Below are positions 18,639 to 27,649 of a stretch of 64,000 nucleotides of DNA, one piece after another. The stretch comes from a virus (Duplodnaviria; Caudoviricetes). Location: positions 1-64,000 of the IMG/VR virus record IMGVR_UViG_3300037847_002819. One strand, 5' to 3'. Each line of letters opens with the position of its first letter. The first letter of the stretch is position 1. The notes below the pieces were generated by a model that saw nothing but the letters and a program-made list of their open reading frames with translations, was not told where the DNA came from and did no database searches. Position numbers and translations under genes: made by a program.

Positions 18639-19036
18639 TGTTTTTCCCTCTTCATTTGATTCTTTTTGGATTTCTCATCCTTTGTAATCGGGCCACCTTT
18701 AGCCCATGTATAACAAGTCCTATCTTCATGGCATTTGAAATCGTGCATCCAACAATAACCTAATCCGCCTTTTACATCTTCAATTGGCATACAATCTTTC
18801 ATTCTTGGACTAATATCAAAAGCAATACAATTAGAACACTTTGATTTTTTGGCTACTTTAACTGATGTATTCCAATGCTCCGCAACATCTTCCCAATATT
18901 TTTCATCATCTAAATTAAGTGGCCCATATCGAATATCTTCGTCTTTAATGGCAGCATTTCTATTCTTAGTGTTTAATTTAAGATTCTTAGTTGCCGCAGG
19001 GCAAGTTAATTGTTTGAGGATAATTTCCCAACTCAT
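18635..19036 (-). CDS. Tagged Cys-rich protein
   Basis: MSWEIILKQ; CPAAT, CSNC, GYCWMHDFKC, RTCYTW. Confidence 0.75.
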   Translation of the reverse strand: MSWEIILKQLTCPAATKNLKLNTKNRNAAIKDEDIRYGPLNLDDEKYWEDVAEHWNTSVKVAKKSKCSNCIAFDISPRMKDCMPIEDVKGGLGYCWMHDFKCHEDRTCYTWAKGGPITKDEKSKKNQMKREKQ

Positions 19037-19353
19037 ATAATTTCCCTCTTTTGTCCTTTTCCTTTGCCTTTTACTTCATCAGCAGGTAATGTTTTTATTT
19101 TGCTTTTTTGTTCTTCTATTTCTTTTTTTATTTCTATAAGAACATCTTGCAATTCCTTAACCATTTTCATTTGTTTATCAAAACCGTATATATCTCTCGT
19201 TGTGCTTGTTGAAGATGCAATCAACTCAGAATGAACATCTTCATACCTTTTTTCTAACTCGCTCAATAGCCTGTTAATGGGCTTATTGTGCCTTTCAATA
19301 AATTTCCTTCGGCGGTAACTTTTTCCTCTTTTAATTACATTTTCCCAACTCAT
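19033..19353 (-). CDS. Tagged coiled-coil protein
   Basis: MSWENVIKR; ATGA overlaps. Confidence 0.7.
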   Translation of the reverse strand: MSWENVIKRGKSYRRRKFIERHNKPINRLLSELEKRYEDVHSELIASSTSTTRDIYGFDKQMKMVKELQDVLIEIKKEIEEQKSKIKTLPADEVKGKGKGQKREII

Positions 19354-19745
19354 GCAGTAAATCCTCTCCCTCGACTTGGTTTGTGTGTGTAAATATCTCC
19401 GTCACTGTGTCGGTATATTACTTTCTTTCTTTGCATAGCACCCAATATTCTTAGTAATTCTTTTCTAGGTGCAATTCCTCTTAGGTTTTTCATTCCTAAT
19501 GCTCCGCCTTCTTTTTTAATTTCTGCAAGTATTTCTCTTTCTATTTGAGAATCAGATTTCATTTTCTTAGCGACCTTTTTATCTCTAAGTAATTTGAAAT
19601 CCTCTCCGCTAATTTCACCATCATTATTAGCGTCAATTTCTTTTTGCCTACCTGTTAATTTTTCAAAGGTAGGTTTATCTTCATCATCTAATTTTTCTGA
19701 ACCGCAGTGTGCTTTTTCTGCTTTTAGAATATCTTTCCAACTCAT
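19350..19745 (-). CDS. Tagged protein with EF-hand-like loop and winged-helix-like domain
   Basis: MSWKDILKA; DANNDGEISGEDF. Confidence 0.7.
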   Translation of the reverse strand: MSWKDILKAEKAHCGSEKLDDEDKPTFEKLTGRQKEIDANNDGEISGEDFKLLRDKKVAKKMKSDSQIEREILAEIKKEGGALGMKNLRGIAPRKELLRILGAMQRKKVIYRHSDGDIYTHKPSRGRGFTA

Positions 19746-20083
19746 GCTCTCATCCTCTTTGTTTTTTCTTTACTAGATTCTTTTCTTGCTAAAGCGACTT
19801 TGTGTGCAGCATTTAATCTCTTTTTTGTTTCTGGATTTTTTGCTCTTTTAGCCGCTACTCTTGCTCTTTGTTCAACTAAATTAATTATTTGTGATTGTCT
19901 TTTATGTGGCTTGTTCTTGAATGCCGAACTATTGAATGTTTCTCTCACATCGCTTGCGGTCTTAAACTTAACGGGAACAGTGTCTTTCGGGTTTTCATCA
20001 GTGTATAATCTTCTATCAGAACCTTTTGGTTTTTTACCCGTTCCTTTCTTGGGGTCTTTTTTTAGAACTTTTCGCCAACCCAC
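19742..20083 (-). CDS. Tagged basic protein
   Basis: MGWRKVLKK; KDPKKGTGKKPKGSDRRLYTDENPKDTV. Confidence 0.75.
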   Translation of the reverse strand: MGWRKVLKKDPKKGTGKKPKGSDRRLYTDENPKDTVPVKFKTASDVRETFNSSAFKNKPHKRQSQIINLVEQRARVAAKRAKNPETKKRLNAAHKVALARKESSKEKTKRMRA

Positions 20084-20473
20084 TTAATCACCTAAAAAAT
20101 CACCTAGATTCATTCCTCTTTCTCTTTTTCTGTTACTCTTAGGACTGTATCTTTTTGAGCCTTTCCAATCTTGTTCAATCGCTTCGTTCATATATTGAGC
20201 AAGAAGACCTTCATGAAACTCTATCCATTTTGGAGTAGGTTTGAAGTTATCATCATTCTGTATTCTTTTGATAGTTCTTTCTTCGAACCTTTTTAGTTTA
20301 TCACTTGGATAATTGTCTGTAAAATACTTCCAACTAATTTTACCATCCTTAACCATATTGCCCCTAATACTACCATAAGGAAGTTTATCATAGTCCACTT
20401 TCATATGAGGAACAGTCCAATTAGAAGGATTTGTCCAATCTGTCTCTTCTTTTAGTATATCTTTCCATTTCAT
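20084..20473 (-). CDS. Tagged hypothetical protein
   Basis: MKWKDILKE. Confidence 0.7.
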   Translation of the reverse strand: MKWKDILKEETDWTNPSNWTVPHMKVDYDKLPYGSIRGNMVKDGKISWKYFTDNYPSDKLKRFEERTIKRIQNDDNFKPTPKWIEFHEGLLAQYMNEAIEQDWKGSKRYSPKSNRKRERGMNLGDFLGD

Positions 20474-20477
20474 ATTA

Positions 20478-20945
20478 TCACTTCTGACTAAACTTCTTTC
20501 CTGTTGGTATGTGTTGCTTACCTCTTTTAGTTCCTTCTCTTTTCTTTTTATCTTGGTAATTTAATGTTGATTGTGAAGTGCTTTGAAACTTTTTCTTAGG
20601 CATAAATCTCCCTGTTGATTTAGGAGGGGGAGTTTCGCCTCTTGCTCTCGCTTTGTGTTGTTTTTGACTTCCCCATTCTTCATCAGTCCATTCGTCTAAA
20701 TCCTCTTGGACTTTTGCTTTGGCTTTTGAAATATCATTTCTAATTTCCTCCAAACTTAATGGTTTAATCATAGCACCTTTTTGCTTTCTTCCTGTTCTAT
20801 CTCCCAAAATAGGATGATATTTTATAAAGCGATATGCCCTTCCTTCTGATATAAATAAATATTTTTTCCCGTTTGATAGAGTCCTTACTCTAGGTTTTTC
20901 TTCCCTTTTCAATATACTACGCCAATTAATCCCGATAGCCACCAC
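20478..20945 (-). CDS. Tagged basic protein, resembling the C-terminal half of DUF5872
   Basis: NWRSILKR; QEDLDEWTDEEWG...GRFMPKK...GKQH. Confidence 0.6.
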   Translation of the reverse strand: MVAIGINWRSILKREEKPRVRTLSNGKKYLFISEGRAYRFIKYHPILGDRTGRKQKGAMIKPLSLEEIRNDISKAKAKVQEDLDEWTDEEWGSQKQHKARARGETPPPKSTGRFMPKKKFQSTSQSTLNYQDKKKREGTKRGKQHIPTGKKFSQK

Positions 20946-21132
20946 CCGCCCGTTTATACGCTTGTGCTAACATTTGTGCTTTTCTTGCAGACCATTGACC
21001 AGCCGCACCACCCTTAGTTCCCGCTTTTATTCGTTGAAATATTCTCTTACGCATAGCAGGTTTAGTATAATTACCTGCTTGATTAACAGTTGACTTTTTC
21101 TTTTTCTTTTTCAAAACTTCTTCCCAAGTCAT
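20926..21132 (-). CDS. Tagged basic protein, resembling the N-terminal half of DUF5872
   Basis: MTWEEVLKK; NYTKPAMRKRIF...GGAAGQWSARKAQMLAQAYKRAGGGY. Confidence 0.7.
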   Translation of the reverse strand: MTWEEVLKKKKKKSTVNQAGNYTKPAMRKRIFQRIKAGTKGGAAGQWSARKAQMLAQAYKRAGGGYRD

Positions 21133-21134
21133 AA

Positions 21135-22784
21135 TTATTCCTCCTCATATTCTGGAAAATCTTCCGGTTGCATTACTTTACCATTCTCATCAACATAGTG
21201 CCACATAAACCCTTTAGCAGTGTAACCTGTTTCATCTTCTAAAAAGTTATTTATTGCATCATCTATGTATTCTTGTGTCATAGCCCAATCATCGGGAAAG
21301 CCCAAATCAGCAATAGGAACGGCCATGTATGTTGGTAAATCGCTTTCATCTAATCTAACAGATTCACCTTCGATATATTCTGCATCATCCCAATCAACTT
21401 CTGTAATTACAAATGTCTTTACTTGTTGTTTAGCAATAATTCCTCCGATGCCTTCTAACTCATCCATAAGGCTCATTTTACAATTGCCTTGTAATTTAGA
21501 AATATCATCAACATATATTCCCTCTTTGGAAAAGTCAAACCCAACATGGTCTTTGTGGTTCTCCCACTTCATCAGTTTGAATATTTCTTCACACCTGCCC
21601 TTATACCAATCAGCCTTCTTGTATGACTTCTTCATGCGGATTAATTCTAGCAACAATTCAGCATTACCCTTCTTCATTCTAAAGTGTGGCAAGCACTTTG
21701 TCAATAGGTTATACACATCATCTTGCGAATAAAAGTTAAGGCGATTTACAGGTCTTGTATCTTGTGGGGATTTTTGGTCTAAGTGTAATTTACCAAAACC
21801 AATAGACTTGTGCATTTCATTCATAAACACCTTGCCTCTCTCTCCTGTTGCCACTAACCCTACTCTTGGATTATGGTTTCTATCCATAGTAATGTAGCCG
21901 TCTGAATCAATAAATGCGGCAGTATAAGCCCATACATTTTTCTTTAATTCACTAGGTAATTTGTAATATGACCCATCATAATGACCTACTTCTAATTTTT
22001 TAATCATCTTAGAAATAGTGTTTGATGAATTCATTTTGTGTAATTGATTCGGCATTTTATCATGTATGCTTAATAGCCCAATTCCCGGATTTTCACATAT
22101 TGCTTTCATAATAAAGTCTAATGTTCTTTCTTTCTTTGATTTAACTAAAGATTGGTCACTAACCTTTTTTAATTCTTCTCTAAACTCTTTCTTTGCTAAT
22201 CTAGATTCTTTCTCTAATTTAGCATATTCAGGACTAAAAGCCATTCCTTCCTTTTTCAAATCAATTTCCCATAATTTACAAAGAGAGTCAACAACAACTC
22301 TTCTCTCTTTAACTTCTGAAATTTTATTTAATTTAGATAAATCTTTTTCGTTGAATCTCATCTTTAATAGCGGAACTTTGTAGGGTTTAATCCAATAAAT
22401 AGAATCAATGCATTTATTGATGTGGTCTGCATAACCATCAATAACGGTATCAATTGCTTCAGACATTCTAATTCTAGAATCGCCTTTTAATTTCCTTCTT
22501 GCTTTACGCATCTTTCTAACTAAATCTGGAATGTTTTGTCCATCAACAACATATTCAGACGGGAAGGTGGATAACCTTTTTCTAGCATCAGTGGCATTTA
22601 TGTTAAGATTCTTTGAAAGAGTAGTTACCGCTTCATAATCTGACATGACATAATCAGAAACGCCTGTCAATTTAATATTCAAATCACTTTCAACTTGAGT
22701 GACTTCTTCTTCCTTTTCACGCTCTAATTCAGCAAGACGCTTCATTCTTTCTGCGGCTTCATCGTATTCATCTGCTGATACCAT
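21135..22784 (-). CDS. Multidomain protein with LAGLIDADG endonuclease domain
   Basis: AYTAAFIDSDGYI motif preceded by helical and wHTH-like regions; acidic C-terminal extra domain. Confidence 0.8.
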   Translation of the reverse strand: MVSADEYDEAAERMKRLAELEREKEEEVTQVESDLNIKLTGVSDYVMSDYEAVTTLSKNLNINATDARKRLSTFPSEYVVDGQNIPDLVRKMRKARRKLKGDSRIRMSEAIDTVIDGYADHINKCIDSIYWIKPYKVPLLKMRFNEKDLSKLNKISEVKERRVVVDSLCKLWEIDLKKEGMAFSPEYAKLEKESRLAKKEFREELKKVSDQSLVKSKKERTLDFIMKAICENPGIGLLSIHDKMPNQLHKMNSSNTISKMIKKLEVGHYDGSYYKLPSELKKNVWAYTAAFIDSDGYITMDRNHNPRVGLVATGERGKVFMNEMHKSIGFGKLHLDQKSPQDTRPVNRLNFYSQDDVYNLLTKCLPHFRMKKGNAELLLELIRMKKSYKKADWYKGRCEEIFKLMKWENHKDHVGFDFSKEGIYVDDISKLQGNCKMSLMDELEGIGGIIAKQQVKTFVITEVDWDDAEYIEGESVRLDESDLPTYMAVPIADLGFPDDWAMTQEYIDDAINNFLEDETGYTAKGFMWHYVDENGKVMQPEDFPEYEEE

Positions 22785-22794
22785 TTAATTCACC

Positions 22795-24228
22795 TCAGAA
22801 GTTCATTCCCAAAAAGCCGTTAGTCTTCGCATACTTGTTAGTTTTAACCGGCTCAAATAAGCCCAAGTCATCCAGCAGTATGAATGTTTCACTCATAGTA
22901 TGTGTTGCGGCATTTGCTAATGCTAGACTCATCACCATATCGTCATGCGCTCCAATACCCTCAAACTTTCCTTTATCAGTAATAGCAAACATTGACAATT
23001 CTTCTATCAGTGTCATAGTAACTCTTCGGCTTTCTTCATTACCATAAGGTAGTCGAATCTTCTCGTTTTCAAAATTCATTTGAAGGCTAAGAATAATTTC
23101 TTCCTTTCGTTTTCTAGTGGTATTGAAATCATGCACATTCAAATCAGACACATTCCTTAACTCCTGTGTAAATGATTTAGCAAAGGTGTTTGTTTCAAAG
23201 AGGACTACTTCGGGATGGAACATTTTTCCTATTAGACGAACCTTTTCTATGTTCTCTCTAAACTCAACATTCTTTGAACGGTCAACAAATACTATTGTCT
23301 TATTGTCATGTTCATCAACTTCTAATACAGTAATTACATTGTAGTCTCCATCTGTTGAAATAGCAGGGTCAACTCCAACATAATACTTGAATCCCTCTCG
23401 TCTTTGAGGCTTCAAAACATAATCTTTGTTCTTGGCTTTCTCTAAATAATCCGGATTGAATAGAGAAGTTCCTGTTGAAATAGGCACACACATATATTCT
23501 CTTGTGAACATAAGCGAACCTACTTCCGCCTTTCTCGCCATTAACGCATCATAATTCCATCTCTCCGGCCATAACGGTTCATTCAAAGAATTAAGACATG
23601 GGTATGTTCTAACAGTGTAAGCATCGTTTTCTGATAACTGTTGGTAAATATCTGTATAACTAAATGGAGTTCCAATTACTCTTAGAGAAGCGGTGTGGTG
23701 AAGTGTCGGAATCATATCACCATAAAACCAATCTGTAACCTTCTGAATACCTGTCATACTAAACTCTTTCAAAGGGTCGTCAATTACTATTTCTTGAGGG
23801 TGCAATCCACGAATCTGTGAACCTACTGAACGCTCTAAGATTTGATTACCATTAGTTAGTGTAATGTTTCCAATAGCCCATCCCCTAGCAGGTTTGTATT
23901 TCTTTAACATGGGATGGTTAAACATCTTGTCAATATCTCTCATGTGAACCAATGTCTGTTTTTGGTTAGATGAAATGTAAAGCATTTGATATGGTGGCTC
24001 TTCGAAAATTAATTTCCAAACAACCCAACTGTGCATAAATACAGATTTTCCGTGGTCACGACTACAAATAATAACTGTTCTTTGAGTTTCATTCATTAGG
24101 TCATGCCATTCACTAATATAAGAAGGAAAGTCAAAACCTAATACATTCTGAAAGAAGTATGGAAAAGAGTTTTTGGATAACTCCATATCCATCTGATGTT
24201 CAAAATTAAAAGGTTCTAATTCTGTCAT
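22795..24228 (-). CDS. terL: Terminase large subunit
   Basis: Walker A SRDHGKS, Walker B IVIDD, motif III IGTP, RNase H nuclease GVDPA and HDDMVMSLALA. Confidence 0.95.
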   Translation of the reverse strand: MTELEPFNFEHQMDMELSKNSFPYFFQNVLGFDFPSYISEWHDLMNETQRTVIICSRDHGKSVFMHSWVVWKLIFEEPPYQMLYISSNQKQTLVHMRDIDKMFNHPMLKKYKPARGWAIGNITLTNGNQILERSVGSQIRGLHPQEIVIDDPLKEFSMTGIQKVTDWFYGDMIPTLHHTASLRVIGTPFSYTDIYQQLSENDAYTVRTYPCLNSLNEPLWPERWNYDALMARKAEVGSLMFTREYMCVPISTGTSLFNPDYLEKAKNKDYVLKPQRREGFKYYVGVDPAISTDGDYNVITVLEVDEHDNKTIVFVDRSKNVEFRENIEKVRLIGKMFHPEVVLFETNTFAKSFTQELRNVSDLNVHDFNTTRKRKEEIILSLQMNFENEKIRLPYGNEESRRVTMTLIEELSMFAITDKGKFEGIGAHDDMVMSLALANAATHTMSETFILLDDLGLFEPVKTNKYAKTNGFLGMNF

Positions 24229-24998
24229 TCAATACTGCCTCCTAAACTCTCAACCTTTTGTTTTAATTTCTGAGCCTTTTTATGTAATTGGTATCTAAGT
24301 AATTGTTGATAATAAGCAGCAAGAGCCTTTTGTTTAGCGTGAGTGAATGGATGAGAAACAATTTCTTTGAACATTCGGTCATACTCATTTAATATTTCCA
24401 TTTGCATATTTCTTAAAGTGCTTTCATTTCTTGCTTGTGTTACAGGAGGATATTTGCTTAAAGGATTCCAAACTTTCAATAAAACAAACCATGTGTCTGA
24501 ATTTTTCAAATATATTTTTCTGACTATTGTTCCGCCTCTATCTTTAGCGGCTTCTAAAGCAGATTTTACTTCTGTTGGCACATCTTCATTACCTTGAATT
24601 AATCCATTCTTCACTTCTATTGGTTTGAATTTTAATTTATTCAATAGTTTTACTCCTTGCTTACTTGCGCCATTTGCTAAAATCGGCCTATCACCATGTT
24701 TGTCCACAACATATTTTGTAACGAAACTACCTGCACCTTTTTTGTAACTCACTGCTCCTAAAGATAAATACACTCCCTCGAATCTTCCTATCCCATATGA
24801 ACCAACAGGTTTTCCTTCAAAATATGCAATCCACCATTCACCATCCACTTCTTCAAATATAGTGTTCTTTAGTTGTTTGTATCTTTCTGCTCTTGTTTGC
24901 CAATCAATTCCAGCATCAGCAAATATTTTCTTTGTCTCGCTTTCACTAAAACTTCTATCGCTAATAGTGTATTTAAAGCGTTTAGTCAAATAAATCAC
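24225..24998 (-). CDS. GNAT-fold acetyltransferase-like domain plus helical C-terminal domain
   Basis: WIAYFEGKPVGS, motif A-like KKGAGSFV, motif B-like GVKLLNKLKF. Confidence 0.55.
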   Translation of the reverse strand: MIYLTKRFKYTISDRSFSESETKKIFADAGIDWQTRAERYKQLKNTIFEEVDGEWWIAYFEGKPVGSYGIGRFEGVYLSLGAVSYKKGAGSFVTKYVVDKHGDRPILANGASKQGVKLLNKLKFKPIEVKNGLIQGNEDVPTEVKSALEAAKDRGGTIVRKIYLKNSDTWFVLLKVWNPLSKYPPVTQARNESTLRNMQMEILNEYDRMFKEIVSHPFTHAKQKALAAYYQQLLRYQLHKKAQKLKQKVESLGGSIE

Positions 24999-27649
24999 CT
25001 AAAGTTTGCTTTAATAACATAAATATGTTCAGTGCTTATTCCATAAGATTTACTGATTGAGTCAAAAGAATCTATATCATTAACTATGCTAGACATTTCA
25101 CTTGCGCTAATATCTAAATTATATTCCTTTTCCATTTTGTTAATCATTTCTTCCATATGTTCTATATTGTCAATTCTTTTTCTAGAATAAAATACAGGTT
25201 GATTTTTAATTAGTCTTATAGCATCGTGGACAGATAGAATCTTTGTTATTATTTCACTCTTCTTAATTTCTTTCAAATCTTCTAAAAGTTTCTTTCTTTG
25301 GTTTTCATCAGGAATGGCGTTCTCTCCATGCTTACTCTCTAATAAATCAATAATTGTTTTTAGAACAGTAATGTCTTCAAAACTATCTTTTTTAGATTTT
25401 CTATAAGAATCCATAATGCCGATATTATTTCCCCATTCACTGTTCATAAATGTCTCTTCTGTTCTTCCTGAAATACTTTTAATAGAACCTAATATTGCTG
25501 CTACATCTCTTTGAATGCTTTCTTTCATTTCATTATTCAATTTCTTATCTTTAGGGTCTATGCTTCTAGCAGTTTTGTATAATGCTTTAGAAAACCTAAC
25601 TGCTTCGCTTTTTATATCATTGAAGTTTTGTAGGGCATCTCCCTGTGTTAAAAGATTAGGAAAAGCGGTTAATCTAGGAATATCTTCTTCATCAACAAAT
25701 GCCTCTTTTGTGGTTAAGAACTTTTTATTGATGGCTTGGAATATTTTGAATTTAGGGTCTAATTTTTTAGTTGCGGCAATATATCGCATAGCATAGTTTC
25801 CTTTGAATGGTAATTTAATTCCGGCATCTAAATGCGATTGTTGCGGAGTAATGAAAACCTTTGCCATTAAGTCAACCAATTCATTTATTTTTCTATTTAC
25901 TTCTTTGTTCTTTTTCTTCAATGTTGTAAAGTTTTGTCTAGGAGAACCTGTCCTTCCAGCAACATTTCTGTAATATTTGAAATATTGAATTTTTGTAGGG
26001 TCACGGATTCTTCCTCCTTCATCAAACTTTGATGGAGTAGTAGTTCCAGCACCCATCATATCAAGACCTATGCTTATCGGTTGCGTTCCCTTTTCCTCTT
26101 GAAGCAAGTTAGCAAACAATTCTAAAAATCTATCAATGTCTGATGATACCTTACCTGCTTTGCTTTTCAATTCAGTATAGTGAATCCTCATTACTTCGTT
26201 ATTAGCCGCAAAAATAGGCAGGTGAAATGTCTTTTCTCCCTTCGCTAAACTTTCTATTGTTTCTAATTCATCTAAGAATGTCTCGAAAAGGGCTTCTTCA
26301 TCATCTTCGCTAATGTCTAGAAGAGTTCTCTTTTCCTTTAGGTAATCTATAATTTCACTTTGTTCTCCCCTCAAAGCCATTAGTCCATCTAAATCATCCT
26401 TTACTACTAGAATTCCTAGAGGGTCATACGCCATCTTTTCTGCGTGTTCTATTAATTCTTTTACCTCGCTAACATCAAAAACATCTCTTAATGATTTATC
26501 CTGTATTGATAACCTATCTGCTCTATCTGCTCTTTTGCTTTGGGGGTCAATTGCGGTTTCAGTTTGAGTTCCTTCATCTTCTTGCGTTACCAATGAATCC
26601 TTTCCTTCTTCTCCCGCATCATCATCATCATCACCGAATTGCTTATCTTCGTCTTTTATTTCTTGTCCTAAAAACTTCACATCATAATTGAATATTTTTA
26701 TAAATTTCATTAGGAATTCATATGACCTAGCCTTAATGTCAGAAAATCCTATTTGCTTACTCTCGAAAGGAAAAACATATTCTAAATCCGGTTCGTCTGA
26801 ACCCGCCATAAATTCAATAAACTTTCTAACATCTTTATCTGCTTTATCTAACTCAGGATTTCCTTCTTTCAATAATTCGACCAACTCTTCTAATTTATCA
26901 ATCATCATATCTTGGTCTTTTGCTACGCTTTTCCAAAATTTGTATGTAGCCCTTCTTGTCTTTGCATCTCTCGCTCGCTGCGTATCGCTGCCAAAAATCT
27001 TCTTCAAATGAATTTCATGTCTATGAATCTTAAATCTAGTAGTTCCTCTTTTGGATAGCATTCTAAGTCTATCAGCCATAGCATTAATGTTATTTCTAAT
27101 TGTGTCAGGTATTGGCATACCTTCAATGAAAACATATGTTTTGAAGTCTGATTCTAAATCATTAACATCAACCTTTTTCCCATCTCCTATTGAAAGAAGG
27201 TCGGCAGAAAATTGATTTGATAAAATATCTTGAACAGTTAATTTAGAACCATCATATCTTACAAATTTCAAATCTTCAAGAATATCACCAATGGTATCTC
27301 TCAAATGTTCTTGAAGGTTGATTGTTTTTGAACTAGCCCCTCTTTCTTTTGCGGCATCTTTTGTTTCTAATTCCATTAGATACTCTTTAACTTCCTGTCT
27401 CATTTTTGACATGATTTCTCTTCTTTGTTTCAAAGAAGGAGTTTCACCATTTTTATTCTTATACTCTTCACTAATAGATTTCTTATATGTTCTAATCTTA
27501 GTTTTAATATCTTCATCTATTCTTTCTGCGGCTTGCTTCTTTGCAGTTTTTCCACTACCACGAACAATTCTTCTAAATTCTTTTTCAGCAGCATTTAGAA
27601 TTGTTGAAACAACATTAGCCTTCAAATATTCTTTCAAAGTTTCTGTCAT
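24995..27649 (-). CDS. Large hypothetical protein (884 aa), putative internal virion protein
   Basis: Long ORF in the late operon. Confidence 0.75.
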   Translation of the reverse strand: MTETLKEYLKANVVSTILNAAEKEFRRIVRGSGKTAKKQAAERIDEDIKTKIRTYKKSISEEYKNKNGETPSLKQRREIMSKMRQEVKEYLMELETKDAAKERGASSKTINLQEHLRDTIGDILEDLKFVRYDGSKLTVQDILSNQFSADLLSIGDGKKVDVNDLESDFKTYVFIEGMPIPDTIRNNINAMADRLRMLSKRGTTRFKIHRHEIHLKKIFGSDTQRARDAKTRRATYKFWKSVAKDQDMMIDKLEELVELLKEGNPELDKADKDVRKFIEFMAGSDEPDLEYVFPFESKQIGFSDIKARSYEFLMKFIKIFNYDVKFLGQEIKDEDKQFGDDDDDAGEEGKDSLVTQEDEGTQTETAIDPQSKRADRADRLSIQDKSLRDVFDVSEVKELIEHAEKMAYDPLGILVVKDDLDGLMALRGEQSEIIDYLKEKRTLLDISEDDEEALFETFLDELETIESLAKGEKTFHLPIFAANNEVMRIHYTELKSKAGKVSSDIDRFLELFANLLQEEKGTQPISIGLDMMGAGTTTPSKFDEGGRIRDPTKIQYFKYYRNVAGRTGSPRQNFTTLKKKNKEVNRKINELVDLMAKVFITPQQSHLDAGIKLPFKGNYAMRYIAATKKLDPKFKIFQAINKKFLTTKEAFVDEEDIPRLTAFPNLLTQGDALQNFNDIKSEAVRFSKALYKTARSIDPKDKKLNNEMKESIQRDVAAILGSIKSISGRTEETFMNSEWGNNIGIMDSYRKSKKDSFEDITVLKTIIDLLESKHGENAIPDENQRKKLLEDLKEIKKSEIITKILSVHDAIRLIKNQPVFYSRKRIDNIEHMEEMINKMEKEYNLDISASEMSSIVNDIDSFDSISKSYGISTEHIYVIKANFR

